Origin: a virus
Length of the DNA: 64,000 nt
Direction: 5' to 3' (one strand)
IMG/VR virus record: IMGVR_UViG_3300021138_002011
Location: 32,001-96,000 of that record
Positions 54,820 through 64,000 of this stretch are shown here, piece by piece. Below the pieces are notes generated by a model, which saw only the letters and a list, made by a program, of their open reading frames with translations, did no database searches and was not told where the DNA came from. The position numbers and the translations under genes were made by a program. Every line of letters starts with the position of its first letter. The stretch's first letter is position 1.

Positions 54820-57222
54820 TTAAATTCCTGCTAAGTGTTTAATTCTTTTTATATTTTCAGACTCTGTCATATGTGAATACTTTTTAATAAACATGGCAGT
54901 TGCATGGCCCGGCGGGTCATACGGCATATTAAGATTTTCAATATGTTTAAAAGTGTCGCCAGTTTGTTGATAAACATCATACTCGTTTTTTACAGTTCGA
55001 GACTCGTACCTGTCTCTGTCCCAAACAAGATAGTAGTTACCTATTTTTAAAATTGCCTCGCCAGGCACGCCGGGAATAAATCTAATGTCCGATTCTGCTT
55101 CTTCTACACTATGGTGTCCAGCACTTGACAACCCGCTGCCGTCGCACAAACGACATGTTTTACCGCGATGTGTACCGCTGCCGTCGCATACATGACAGGG
55201 GTTGTCACTGCCAACAGAACTTTCTTCATTCATTGCAGCGTAGTCATCATAATCGATATAGAAGTCACTGTCAGGATCGTAATACTTGCCTTCTTTTGGA
55301 TCATAATAAACCACTTTACCAACCTTGGTCATGAATGGTCCTTCCAATCCAGCTCGAGATTGATATCTATCTGTGTCAATAGGTTTGGCTATTGACCAAC
55401 CTTCGTTGATATTTTCATCGGCTGTATCCTCTTCTAAATCGCTGTCAGCAGCGGTGTCGTCTTTTATAGGTTCGCCAAAGTTCCAGCGTTTTGCACGCTG
55501 CTCCTTATTGTACACAATTTCTTCTTTGCGTTCCCGGTCCTTTTGTGCAACACCATACGCATCGCCTTCGTCGACATTTTCATCATCTGTCACAAGGGTT
55601 TCATATATCATCTTAAACCCTTTGTGATTCTCGCAATGGCTGAATCCATGTTTACGTCCATTTCCATGAAATCTTTCACCACAGTTTGAGCACCATATTA
55701 TGTCATCTTTTGTAGGTTCACCATGATCTTCTTCCGCTAAGCTATCGCCAAATTGTGAAACGAATAATCTATGGTGTTCCTTTGCTAATTTTTCTTTGGC
55801 AACGGCTAGTTTCTTTCTTTCTGCTGAGATGCCAGGCGGAAGCTGTTTTTCTTTGCGCTCAATGTCAGCTATCAGTTTTTTAAGGGTTTTTAGCCTGTCA
55901 TAATTCTCAGTTATGTCTGCATTATCACCATAATCTGTGTTGGCCGGATCTTCAGCAAAAATAGCTTCTGGAGAAAATTTATTTAGAAATTCATCTAGCT
56001 CAACCTCTTCTGGAAGAACAGTTTCTTCAGACTGTACGCTGCTGCTGGCAATAGCTTCGCGAACTAAATTGAGGTCTTCGTCAGTTGGTTTAATATTAGA
56101 CGCGATCATTCCTGCAATTTCGGATAATCTTGCTGACGCACGGGGGTCGGCACATGCATCTGCAAGTTCGCGTATCTGCCAATGTAGTCGTTCAAGGACC
56201 TTGCGATTGTCAGGCACGGCGGCGATGTTAGGCTTGCGATGCCATGAGAATGTTATAGGTGTTGGTTGATTATCAACTGCTCCTAGATATTTGGCAGCAA
56301 CCCCTAGGTCTGCATAGGCAGGGTCGTGTTGCCCGCAAGAACATTCTTCTGATAATTTTTGCCATAAACTGTCTGTCGACTGTTCGTCGAGAACCATGGA
56401 CTGGCTAGCTAGTATGCTTTCTGCATTGGAATAGCCTTTTGAACCATGCAAGCTTGTAAGACGTCGATTAATTCCGTCCATGCTTTTGCGAACACCTACT
56501 GTCCATTCCGATACAACTTGATGCTGACGCATTGTATGTGCTGCTCGGCGCAAACTAATATAATCTGCGCTAAGGGATATAATGCCCTCGGCAATAGAAT
56601 CATAATTAGTGCCGCCGTTGCTAATGTGTCGTGCAAATGCTCTAGCTCCGCTCATATGTAAGTGAGGATAAGCAAATCTTTCGCCTGTTTTGTTTTCGAC
56701 AAATAAAGCACGTATATGACGTGTACGAGCACCTGTTTTTTCTTCATTTATTGCGTCTGTATGTCGTATAATCAGTTTAGCTTCGCCTATACGCTGGAAG
56801 GAGCTTTTAGTGGTACCAAACCACTTACCGACATCCTTACTTTCTTTGATGTTATTCACTGCTTCCTCCTTTGGGTCTATTTCTTTGTCAAAAACTTGCC
56901 AAACAACTTTTATACCTTCTTTCTGTCCCACCGATTTACGTATATGATTCCGTATTTGATGAACTTTTTTAAAGTCTACGTCGTCTTTTAGGTTGGGTGT
57001 TTTTATATTAATATAACTGTATTGTCCACGATCGTGTAGTGCTACAAGAATGGCAAAATTATCTAATTTAGGATTATGGCTAGCAAGTGTACCAAAAAAT
57101 CTAGTAGCATCATCTGGATCTATTGTTTCATTACCAGCTTTGTCATACATAGTCAGCTTTTTACAAGAACCTTTGACGATTCCGTAAATTTTATCTGTAA
57201 CCACCGACCAGTTGTGACCCAT
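54820..57222 (-). CDS. Large probable head-associated protein with a mosaic acidic C-terminal half
   Basis: N-domain GARTRHI..GERF..GARAFARH; Zn-finger-like inserts; ends RIKHLAGI. Confidence 0.65.
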   Translation of the reverse strand: MGHNWSVVTDKIYGIVKGSCKKLTMYDKAGNETIDPDDATRFFGTLASHNPKLDNFAILVALHDRGQYSYINIKTPNLKDDVDFKKVHQIRNHIRKSVGQKEGIKVVWQVFDKEIDPKEEAVNNIKESKDVGKWFGTTKSSFQRIGEAKLIIRHTDAINEEKTGARTRHIRALFVENKTGERFAYPHLHMSGARAFARHISNGGTNYDSIAEGIISLSADYISLRRAAHTMRQHQVVSEWTVGVRKSMDGINRRLTSLHGSKGYSNAESILASQSMVLDEQSTDSLWQKLSEECSCGQHDPAYADLGVAAKYLGAVDNQPTPITFSWHRKPNIAAVPDNRKVLERLHWQIRELADACADPRASARLSEIAGMIASNIKPTDEDLNLVREAIASSSVQSEETVLPEEVELDEFLNKFSPEAIFAEDPANTDYGDNADITENYDRLKTLKKLIADIERKEKQLPPGISAERKKLAVAKEKLAKEHHRLFVSQFGDSLAEEDHGEPTKDDIIWCSNCGERFHGNGRKHGFSHCENHKGFKMIYETLVTDDENVDEGDAYGVAQKDRERKEEIVYNKEQRAKRWNFGEPIKDDTAADSDLEEDTADENINEGWSIAKPIDTDRYQSRAGLEGPFMTKVGKVVYYDPKEGKYYDPDSDFYIDYDDYAAMNEESSVGSDNPCHVCDGSGTHRGKTCRLCDGSGLSSAGHHSVEEAESDIRFIPGVPGEAILKIGNYYLVWDRDRYESRTVKNEYDVYQQTGDTFKHIENLNMPYDPPGHATAMFIKKYSHMTESENIKRIKHLAGI

Positions 57223-57249
57223 TATAATCTCCGTTTATAGATATAGTAT

Positions 57250-58962
57250 TTAGCTGATCATTACAGAGAATGGTAACGGGTCACGCTGTTCGTTTGTATC
57301 GCCATCAAACACGTCTTTAAGAAGCTCACCTACTCTGTCGTCCCAATTTGTAACCATTTGCATCATGCGAATGCAGAGTATAGTACTCATAACGCAATCG
57401 TCGTGTTCGCCTTGTTTGGCCGCAAAACTATCGCCTTTACTTACAAAAAATTTCAGTTGTTTAACAAGAAGTTTGCTGTTAATTTTAAGTCGATTGCCTT
57501 CAAGAAGACTTTTCAGTTTCAGGCAAGCTTGTGCTTTTGAGCGTCCGTTGGTGTTAAGTCCTTTGCGATATCTAACTAACCCAGTTTTTCGAGGCTCGTT
57601 TAACAACTGTCCCATGAAATTTTCTTCGCCAATGTCATTAACAGATTGTATAGCAGCTTCTCCCAAAGTATTATTTTCAAAAGTAAAATATATGTCCGGC
57701 TCGCCTTTATAACCTTGCTTTTTAACTTCTGTATACAATGTATTAATTATAATTTGCATGGTACGTACTTGGTTCGGAATGCTTACTCTGTTGCTAGTCC
57801 ATTCAGCTACTTGAACCATGTCGGGTATGCTATACACTTGGATGCATGCAGGGTCTTTGTTTACTCCCGCACTAGGATCAAGGCTTACAATATACGTCTT
57901 ATCAAGAGATATTTTTTCATACCATCTAACTTCGGCTGTTTTGAAAAGTGGCTCTATGCCTTTTAAACGCTGTAGTGTTAGACTGTTTACCAATGTACTT
58001 TCTTCGCCTGCAAATTGGCATTCATATTCACGCTGGAAACGTTCTGCGCCAATTTTTGCCCGCTCAATTGCTGCCCACGCATCGTCTCGGCCAGGTACGT
58101 CACTGTAGCGTGCGCTAAAACCTTTAAACCCATTAATACCAACGCCGTTTGGAATCTCGTTGCCGTGTTCATCGATTGTGTTGATTGCCCCAAACCACAG
58201 CTCGGCAAAAGTGTCCTCGTCACTGGCAGGAGTAGATGTTATTATGCATTTTCCGCCTGTTGCTAATGTAGGTGCCATAGCTGTCCAGAATTCCACAGCT
58301 ACACGAGGTCGTACATAGGCAAACTCGTCTAAGTACAACAGACTAATACTCATACCACGACCGCTATCTGGTGTAGTAGTGGTAGCTACAATTCTTGAGC
58401 CGTTGTCAAACCGTATACTTGTTACGTTGTATTCTGTAACGCCTGCACGTATATGGTCTGGCATTTCTTCGTATGCGTATTTGATACGCATCATAATTTC
58501 ATTTGCTGCTTTGAATTTGTTAGCAGCAATTAACACTGTCACATCGTCATTGTACATAGCATACCACAGCAAATAACCTGCAGCAGTGGTGGTATTATGG
58601 CTAAGTATACCGTTGCTATAATACCTGTGATCAACATTATTAACCGACACATCGTACATATTTTCCATTGCGGCAGTTTGTATAACTGATCGCACCGACA
58701 CTGCCCCACAATCAGTTTGTACACGATGCTGCGGTGTAAGATCTTTAACAAAAATTTCAGCATGATTTTCATCAAATACAATATGATTATCAGCACATTG
58801 CAACCGATATCCATTGTCTAATACCATGTCATAAACTTGATATTCAACAGTTTTTGATATTTCTACACAAGGTTGCCAGCCAGAATCAGTAAGTATGTCC
58901 CAGTCATCTAACGAAATTTGATCGACAAATTTACGATCTACGTTTTCAGAAATTCTATGCAT
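57250..58962 (-). CDS. terL: Terminase large subunit C-terminal fragment with a long IntC (123 aa, 58594-58962)
   Basis: CADNH..MYDVSV..YYSNGILSHN|TTT, LYLDEFA (Walker B), ITSTP, FQREYEC, SLDPSAG and HDDCVM. Confidence 0.93.
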   Translation of the reverse strand: MHRISENVDRKFVDQISLDDWDILTDSGWQPCVEISKTVEYQVYDMVLDNGYRLQCADNHIVFDENHAEIFVKDLTPQHRVQTDCGAVSVRSVIQTAAMENMYDVSVNNVDHRYYSNGILSHNTTTAAGYLLWYAMYNDDVTVLIAANKFKAANEIMMRIKYAYEEMPDHIRAGVTEYNVTSIRFDNGSRIVATTTTPDSGRGMSISLLYLDEFAYVRPRVAVEFWTAMAPTLATGGKCIITSTPASDEDTFAELWFGAINTIDEHGNEIPNGVGINGFKGFSARYSDVPGRDDAWAAIERAKIGAERFQREYECQFAGEESTLVNSLTLQRLKGIEPLFKTAEVRWYEKISLDKTYIVSLDPSAGVNKDPACIQVYSIPDMVQVAEWTSNRVSIPNQVRTMQIIINTLYTEVKKQGYKGEPDIYFTFENNTLGEAAIQSVNDIGEENFMGQLLNEPRKTGLVRYRKGLNTNGRSKAQACLKLKSLLEGNRLKINSKLLVKQLKFFVSKGDSFAAKQGEHDDCVMSTILCIRMMQMVTNWDDRVGELLKDVFDGDTNEQRDPLPFSVMIS

Positions 58963-59200
58963 TGTTTTATGATTTTTTCAGGGTTTGATTTATAGTCCGA
59001 TTCCCAGACTATCATTACGTCGTAGCCATTTGCTATGGCTGTATTTATTTTGTTATTATCTCTATTACGTATTTCATTAAACGATAATCGTGCATATGGG
59101 CACACATATGTCTCGTCATACATAGTTGGGTTAGCATGCCAAAAATTACCATTGTATTCTATAATTTTATTACCAAAAGATATATCGTACAAATAAACAG
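58938..59200 (-). pseudogene. Vsr-like endonuclease remnant (C-terminal part only) in the terL gap
   Basis: YDISF..IIEYNGNFWHANP..GYDVMIVWESD; the upstream part of the called ORF overlaps terL-N and has no credible start. Confidence 0.7.
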
Positions 59201-59202
59201 GC

Positions 59203-59631
59203 TTAGGTTTCTTTTGGTTTTTCTGTATTTTGGGCCGGCCGGATATATTGGCTAATGTCGGGCAAGGTAGTACCTTCACGCATACAAGCTGCCCATTCGT
59301 AGTAGATTCCGATCGGTATGTCATATATGTTTCCTGTAGATTGCTGTTTAATAGTAATTATAGTAATATTTGTAAGACATTTCCCACTTTGTCTAGGAAT
59401 CATTGCTATAGTATTTCTATTTTTCCAATATGTATGAATCAATTCTCGTTGAAACTGATATGCTTCAAATTGCATTTTGCCTTTCAGTGGATGCTGTATA
59501 CACATAAAGTGTTCCATAAAATACAAAGGATTCAACTGGCAGTTAGCAAGTTCAGTAAATTGTGCTTGTGTAAGTGTTATTTTCTTACCAGCCGGCTTTA
59601 GTTTTTCAAATTCAGTCGTATTTTTACCCAT
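59203..59631 (-). CDS. terL: Terminase large subunit N-terminal fragment ending in a short IntN (C1 at 59379)
   Basis: NPLYFM..YQFQ..PRQSGK|CLTNITIITIK..IPIGIYY. Confidence 0.9.
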   Translation of the reverse strand: MGKNTTEFEKLKPAGKKITLTQAQFTELANCQLNPLYFMEHFMCIQHPLKGKMQFEAYQFQRELIHTYWKNRNTIAMIPRQSGKCLTNITIITIKQQSTGNIYDIPIGIYYEWAACMREGTTLPDISQYIRPAQNTEKPKET

Positions 59632-59786
59632 GTGTCTCTCAATTCAAGGAGATCATTACATCAGTTGATCTATACGATTTTGTATAACCTCCTGATATAC
59701 TTATGAGTACTTTTGATATCATAGCATCTATGTATGCAAATGACGGCAGGAATTTGTATGGTTTCGCACGATCTGGTATGAAGTTA

Positions 59787-59834
59787 TTAAATGATCAACC
59801 ATCCTGTAAAAACACAGGATGGTTGATCATTTAA
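59787..59834. repeat. Perfect 21-bp inverted repeat with a 6-nt loop
   Basis: TTAAATGATCAACCATCCTGT-aaaaac-ACAGGATGGTTGATCATTTAA. Confidence 0.9.
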
Positions 59835-59930
59835 CAGTGTACTTGCAATACCGTATGCTCAATCAAAGTAATAAGCATAAGTTATATCCGATGACTTACG
59901 CAATTGCGTTGTTGGACTGCCGGCTGCTTT

Positions 59931-60674
59931 TCACTTGAAAGCGTATTGCCTCACAATAGTACTCATAGGGCTATGACTGCCGTCATCCACAGGCTCTTCG
60001 TCACTAAGTGGATCCTTGTCAAAACTGGGCTTTGTTGGGTCGCTTAACGGACTCATAACGCCAGTGTCATTTTCGCGTTCTGTCTCTGCTAGATATTGTG
60101 CATAATCAGAAGCTAACTTGTTGTGTAGTTCTTGTATCAGGCCATTATCGCCCGGGCTTCCCTTAATTCTTTGAGGATTTTCAACTGCTTGCCATATAAG
60201 GTCAATTTCGTCAACTTCCTCACCTTCGTCTTTAAATTTACGATGGCCATAGTCGTATTCGGCTACGTCTTCGTCAAGAGATAGCATTTCGTCCATTTCT
60301 TGCTGCATAGTATCATCTATGTCGTTGTCAATGTTGTCGTCAATGTTATCGTCAATGTTATCGTCAGCATCCATTGCCATGTCACTTGGCACGTCTGTTA
60401 CCGGACGTGCAGGAACTGCCATTCCAGCATTCTTACGCATGACATCCATGTCTGTGTCAAATTCTGCACCTGTGTCGTTGGCTGACATTGTGTCGGCCCT
60501 TGCAACCGGTGTAGCTGAAATAGGGTTTACTGTAGCAACAACTGTGCTAGTTGGGGTGCTTGGTTCTATAATACCTGCCAGTTGAACAATACGAGCCACT
60601 TCATCTGCATTTACACTAAGAACGTTGATATCGGTTGTGTCGCTTGTAACCGAAAGTTTATATTTTCTTTCCAT
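59931..60674 (-). CDS. Acidic hypothetical protein (probably head/scaffold-associated)
   Basis: RIVQLAGI motif; DDNI tandem repeat near 60319-60366. Confidence 0.65.
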   Translation of the reverse strand: MERKYKLSVTSDTTDINVLSVNADEVARIVQLAGIIEPSTPTSTVVATVNPISATPVARADTMSANDTGAEFDTDMDVMRKNAGMAVPARPVTDVPSDMAMDADDNIDDNIDDNIDNDIDDTMQQEMDEMLSLDEDVAEYDYGHRKFKDEGEEVDEIDLIWQAVENPQRIKGSPGDNGLIQELHNKLASDYAQYLAETERENDTGVMSPLSDPTKPSFDKDPLSDEEPVDDGSHSPMSTIVRQYAFK

Positions 60675-60675
60675 G

Positions 60676-61464
60676 TTAATTTTTCTCCACTGGTTGTACC
60701 ATTTGTTTGGCTTTACCCGTCTTTGGATCCTTTACAAATTTCACTTTAGGTATGGAGTTGTCTGACATGGTGCCTTTGCTGTTTACATAGTAGTTGTCAA
60801 TAGGTTCTTTGTTGCCACCTTTTGTAACAGGCTTTGGTGTGTTAAATTGTGCATTAAAGTCGCTGGTATCTTGCATAGGTTCACCCGGTTCAATGTCTTC
60901 CATTTGTAGCCAGCTGAATAATGGAGCAGATGGATGTACTTCCATACTTGGCCGAGAATCTGCTACTCCTGCTAGATATTTGAGCAGTCCTTTGTTATAT
61001 TCATTTCCAAACAGTTGACCAGCTGGTGGTTGTTCAGCTGCGTCGTATTCTCTGTTGGTACTAAGTCTAGCTGCATGCTCGTCGCCAGAGTTTTCAGCTT
61101 CTTTGTCTGCAAGACGGTTCCATACATCGTACTCAGCATAGCGTTCTATTGGCTCGCTAGCACCGCGTACTACTATGTACTTTTCAGGTATGTTTGAGCA
61201 CAAGCGTAAATCTTGTTGCAGAATATACGAAACTGCAGGAGTTCCAATAGTAAAGGACATTTTATAAACATCTTTGTTGGGAATATCGATAAAATCTTTA
61301 TGATCGTCTACTATTTTTTCTGGAGGAGTAATTGCTCTAAGCTCATATCTTTTTAGCCATTCTCCGATTATCTGTACTTGCTCTTCAGTTGGTTGCTGAG
61401 AAAATTTAATCACATAGTTGTGATCCTTTGAACTCTCAGCAAGGTATTCCTTAAAATTCTTCAT
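60676..61464 (-). CDS. Hypothetical head-associated protein
   Basis: MKNFKEYLAE N-terminus. Confidence 0.65.
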   Translation of the reverse strand: MKNFKEYLAESSKDHNYVIKFSQQPTEEQVQIIGEWLKRYELRAITPPEKIVDDHKDFIDIPNKDVYKMSFTIGTPAVSYILQQDLRLCSNIPEKYIVVRGASEPIERYAEYDVWNRLADKEAENSGDEHAARLSTNREYDAAEQPPAGQLFGNEYNKGLLKYLAGVADSRPSMEVHPSAPLFSWLQMEDIEPGEPMQDTSDFNAQFNTPKPVTKGGNKEPIDNYYVNSKGTMSDNSIPKVKFVKDPKTGKAKQMVQPVEKN

Positions 61465-61485
61465 GTTAGGCGGCTCCTATGTTTC

Positions 61486-61950
61486 TTATTTATCATTGCC
61501 GCTCATTTGGCGTAGCTGTTTTAGTATTTCGTTACGATCGAGTGCAACAGCAGTACCATCGAGTGTTGTGTTTTCAGGTGCAGTCTGTTTATCTAGTTTC
61601 ATTTTGTCTAATTGCAAACGCAACAGTTTTAGTTTTTTCTCTACTTTATTATTTTTAGCATCCACTGCAATTTTCAGCATTTGGCTAGAACTTGAAAATA
61701 TTTCCCCGGCGTGCCGAACTTCAACATTCATACCCAGTTCTTGCAGATCTTTGTGTGCGTTTATAGCTAAATTTGCAAGCTCGTCCATTTCGCTGTCGTG
61801 CGTGTCGTAGCCGTTCATTTGATCAAATTGTTTTTCAAGATTGGTGGCTTGTTCCAACGCCTCCTGGATGTCATTGGAGGTGGTTTCCACAATTGAATCC
61901 ATGTCAGGCAAGTCAAACGCATCTTCTAGCTTATTGAATGTTTTTCCCAT
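61486..61950 (-). CDS. Probable terminase small subunit
   Basis: Helical 154-aa protein; KLEDAFDL..LQELGMNVE..DRNEILK; position near gp4 and terL. Confidence 0.55.
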   Translation of the reverse strand: MGKTFNKLEDAFDLPDMDSIVETTSNDIQEALEQATNLEKQFDQMNGYDTHDSEMDELANLAINAHKDLQELGMNVEVRHAGEIFSSSSQMLKIAVDAKNNKVEKKLKLLRLQLDKMKLDKQTAPENTTLDGTAVALDRNEILKQLRQMSGNDK

Positions 61951-61966
61951 GTGATTATTTACTAGC

Positions 61967-62954
61967 CTATTTCTTCTTTTGGTGAAAATTGTTCAGATAT
62001 AGTTCTTTTATAGGTGATATCTCATCCGCTGTTGCTGTTCGAATAAATCTCCAACCTCTATGATGATTTTTCTTTAATTTTCCTAACCGTAGCAATCGTA
62101 ACTGTTCTAAACTTAAATTATATAAGTTAGCCGTTTCAACTATTGGACAAAATAATATTTGCGCACCTTGCGGGGATTCATACCAATATCCACGTTTTAT
62201 AACAATCAATCCCTTATTTGAATTGCTGCACTTCTTTTTTGATGCATCTGTATGATTATGTCCTAACATACCGTCAGAAGTCTTTCTACCTTTCATTTTG
62301 ATTCTCCGCTTCTCGTTGGAGGAGTCGGTTTGTTTCCGAGGAACGTGGGACATCCGTCTATTTTCGGACCACGGTTTACCTTTTCTGTTTGCAGCCGCAG
62401 TTAAACAGTTCTGTAACCTTGTTTGTATTGCACGGTCTGTCCATACCTTTTCATACAATTGATAATATTGTATTGCAGCATTTTCTACTTAGATATTCAT
62501 CCGATGTTTTATCAACTTCAGAATTATATGCTGTCAATTTAATAGATTGAAGGCGGCGGCGTTCGGCAGTCCAATAGTCTTTTTTCACAGTATGTGCCAG
62601 CCTGCGTTGATAATCATACCACCTAGAATTAATAGAATATTTTGATCTATCTCCTATTTGTTTTATATGCATAAGCATAGTAAGAGCCTTGGACATTTTA
62701 TATCTATTTCTACCATATGTCATTTTTGTCAACAATAAATGACATATAAAATGTTCCTTAGGAGTTAAGTATACTAAATTACTTTTATTACTTTTATATT
62801 TTGGAAAAATAGATTTTGGTAAAATATGATGTGATTCATAATACTCCCCGTCTACCGGGACCTCGCGTTTTTTTATAGCCAACTCAATGATATTGTAGTA
62901 CCATGTTGTATATTTGTTAGTTAGAAATGCACCATTATGCTCGTAGATATTCAT
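61967..62954 (-). pseudogene. Frameshifted HNH homing endonuclease (ORFs 62451-62954 and 61967-62458)
   Basis: YYESHHILPK..NLVYLTPKEHFICHLLL; the frame switches at the AGAAAAT near 62482; the second ORF has NUMOD3-like HTDASKKKCS. Confidence 0.7.
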
Positions 62955-62957
62955 CTA

Positions 62958-63413
62958 CTAAGATCTCCTCTTCTTCTTTATATCCTTTCCTTTATTTATC
63001 CAAATATCGTTCTCAGTGAGAATTCTGAAATGCAACCCGTTCTTCTTGCAATACATCATTGCCGCACCCCATTTGGCCGTGTTTAAGAGTATCGCAGCCT
63101 TGTCCCGTTTGCTCTTGGCGTTTTCAGCTATAGCCTCCTTGGCAGGCTTGACTTCAATCAGCTCAGCACGTTGTTTTCCAAACTTGTCCTTATAAACTAT
63201 GAGGAAATCCGGAATGTACCTATGCATTTTACCATCGAGTGGACTTTTGTATGGAATAGCAATGCTTTCGCTGGCCCAGTTAATTACATTTGGGTGCTGA
63301 TCCAATAACATCATTACCCTCAATTCCCACGACGACCTATAAAAAGGTCGCGCATTGCCCACAAGTTTCTGTGGATTTTTTGGTACAAATTCATCTTGGC
63401 TATATTTTGTCAT
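62958..63413 (-). CDS. gp4: Head completion nuclease (T4 gp4-like)
   Basis: PKNPQK..YRSSWE..WASE..IPY..HRYIPDF..IEVKP..KW. Confidence 0.88.
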   Translation of the reverse strand: MTKYSQDEFVPKNPQKLVGNARPFYRSSWELRVMMLLDQHPNVINWASESIAIPYKSPLDGKMHRYIPDFLIVYKDKFGKQRAELIEVKPAKEAIAENAKSKRDKAAILLNTAKWGAAMMYCKKNGLHFRILTENDIWINKGKDIKKKRRS

Positions 63414-63943
63414 GCCGGATCCGTAAATGCTGCTGCCAGCGAGCCACGTAACGCTGGGTTACTAGGCCACAGCGGAGGTTGTACTGCAACAATGCCAATG
63501 CTGCTGCCCGGCGGCGATAATTTGTTGTATGCGTTAATAAAAGTATCGCTCACACCGTTTGGTGACAACAGGCTTCCAATTGGTATTCCTTGTGTAGCTG
63601 CCATGTAGGCTGCCACAGATGCAATACTTTGAACAAGAGATTGAGGAACACTTGGGCCGTAATATCCTTGTGCCAACGCCAACGCTTGTGCAGAAATAGC
63701 AGGATTACCACTTTGTATTGGATTGTTAAGTAATGTTGAAGAAACTGGCGGGAGGTTTAACGGCTGTCCTGTTAGCGTGTTGGTATATTGCCTGCCTCCG
63801 CCTACGGATGTAATAGCAATTTGTCCGCTTTGTTGACCTATTTGTTGTGTGATTGTTTGACTTGCAAATGTGTTTGTAGCAACTATTACAGGCGATCCTG
63901 TTCCGTAGTTTACAGTCGTTGACAGCGATGAATTAACCGCCAC
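63410..63943 (-). CDS. Hypothetical protein
   Basis: 177-aa ORF coupled to gp4. Confidence 0.6.
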   Translation of the reverse strand: MAVNSSLSTTVNYGTGSPVIVATNTFASQTITQQIGQQSGQIAITSVGGGRQYTNTLTGQPLNLPPVSSTLLNNPIQSGNPAISAQALALAQGYYGPSVPQSLVQSIASVAAYMAATQGIPIGSLLSPNGVSDTFINAYNKLSPPGSSIGIVAVQPPLWPSNPALRGSLAAAFTDPA

Positions 63944-64000
63944 CGGTATAGGAGCCGAGGCGCCCGGTGCTGAACTAATAGATGCGCTGGCTGCCGAAGC

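Noticed and set aside
59201-59324. First part of the 128-aa ORF as real coding sequence
   Set aside because: It is an alternative frame overlapping the terL N-fragment; only the downstream part is nuclease-like.
3547-59631. Group I introns as the explanation for the interrupted genes
   Set aside because: Breaks are bounded by protein-level intein motifs, and the gaps are mostly filled by ORFs, with no recognisable ribozyme core.
1-64000. Stop-codon reassignment as the cause of gene fragmentation
   Set aside because: Most genes are full length in the standard code, TAA, TAG and TGA all end genes, and the fragments are separated by whole intervening ORFs.

Overview
This 64 kb window is from a large T4-related (jumbo-type) tailed phage. 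It holds the replication, recombination, nucleotide-metabolism and packaging region, plus a block of probable head and virion proteins, almost all on the minus strand. Main result: five core genes are fractured by six naturally split inteins. They are the topoisomerase II large subunit, NrdA (twice, giving three polypeptides), the gp41/DnaB helicase, the UvsW helicase and the large terminase. Each break lies in or next to a conserved motif, and each gap holds an intact, interrupted or decayed free-standing endonuclease gene. Two of the inteins are atypically split (short IntN, long IntC), and one gap also carries a radical SAM cargo gene. The window also encodes a circularly permuted two-piece tmRNA of alphaproteobacterial type, which is a host clue, together with TilS and a CCA-adding enzyme. 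Two antisense endonuclease genes appear to have replaced the C-termini of their target genes, leaving the old termini as orphan fragments. All calls come from motif reading by eye; no database searches were run.
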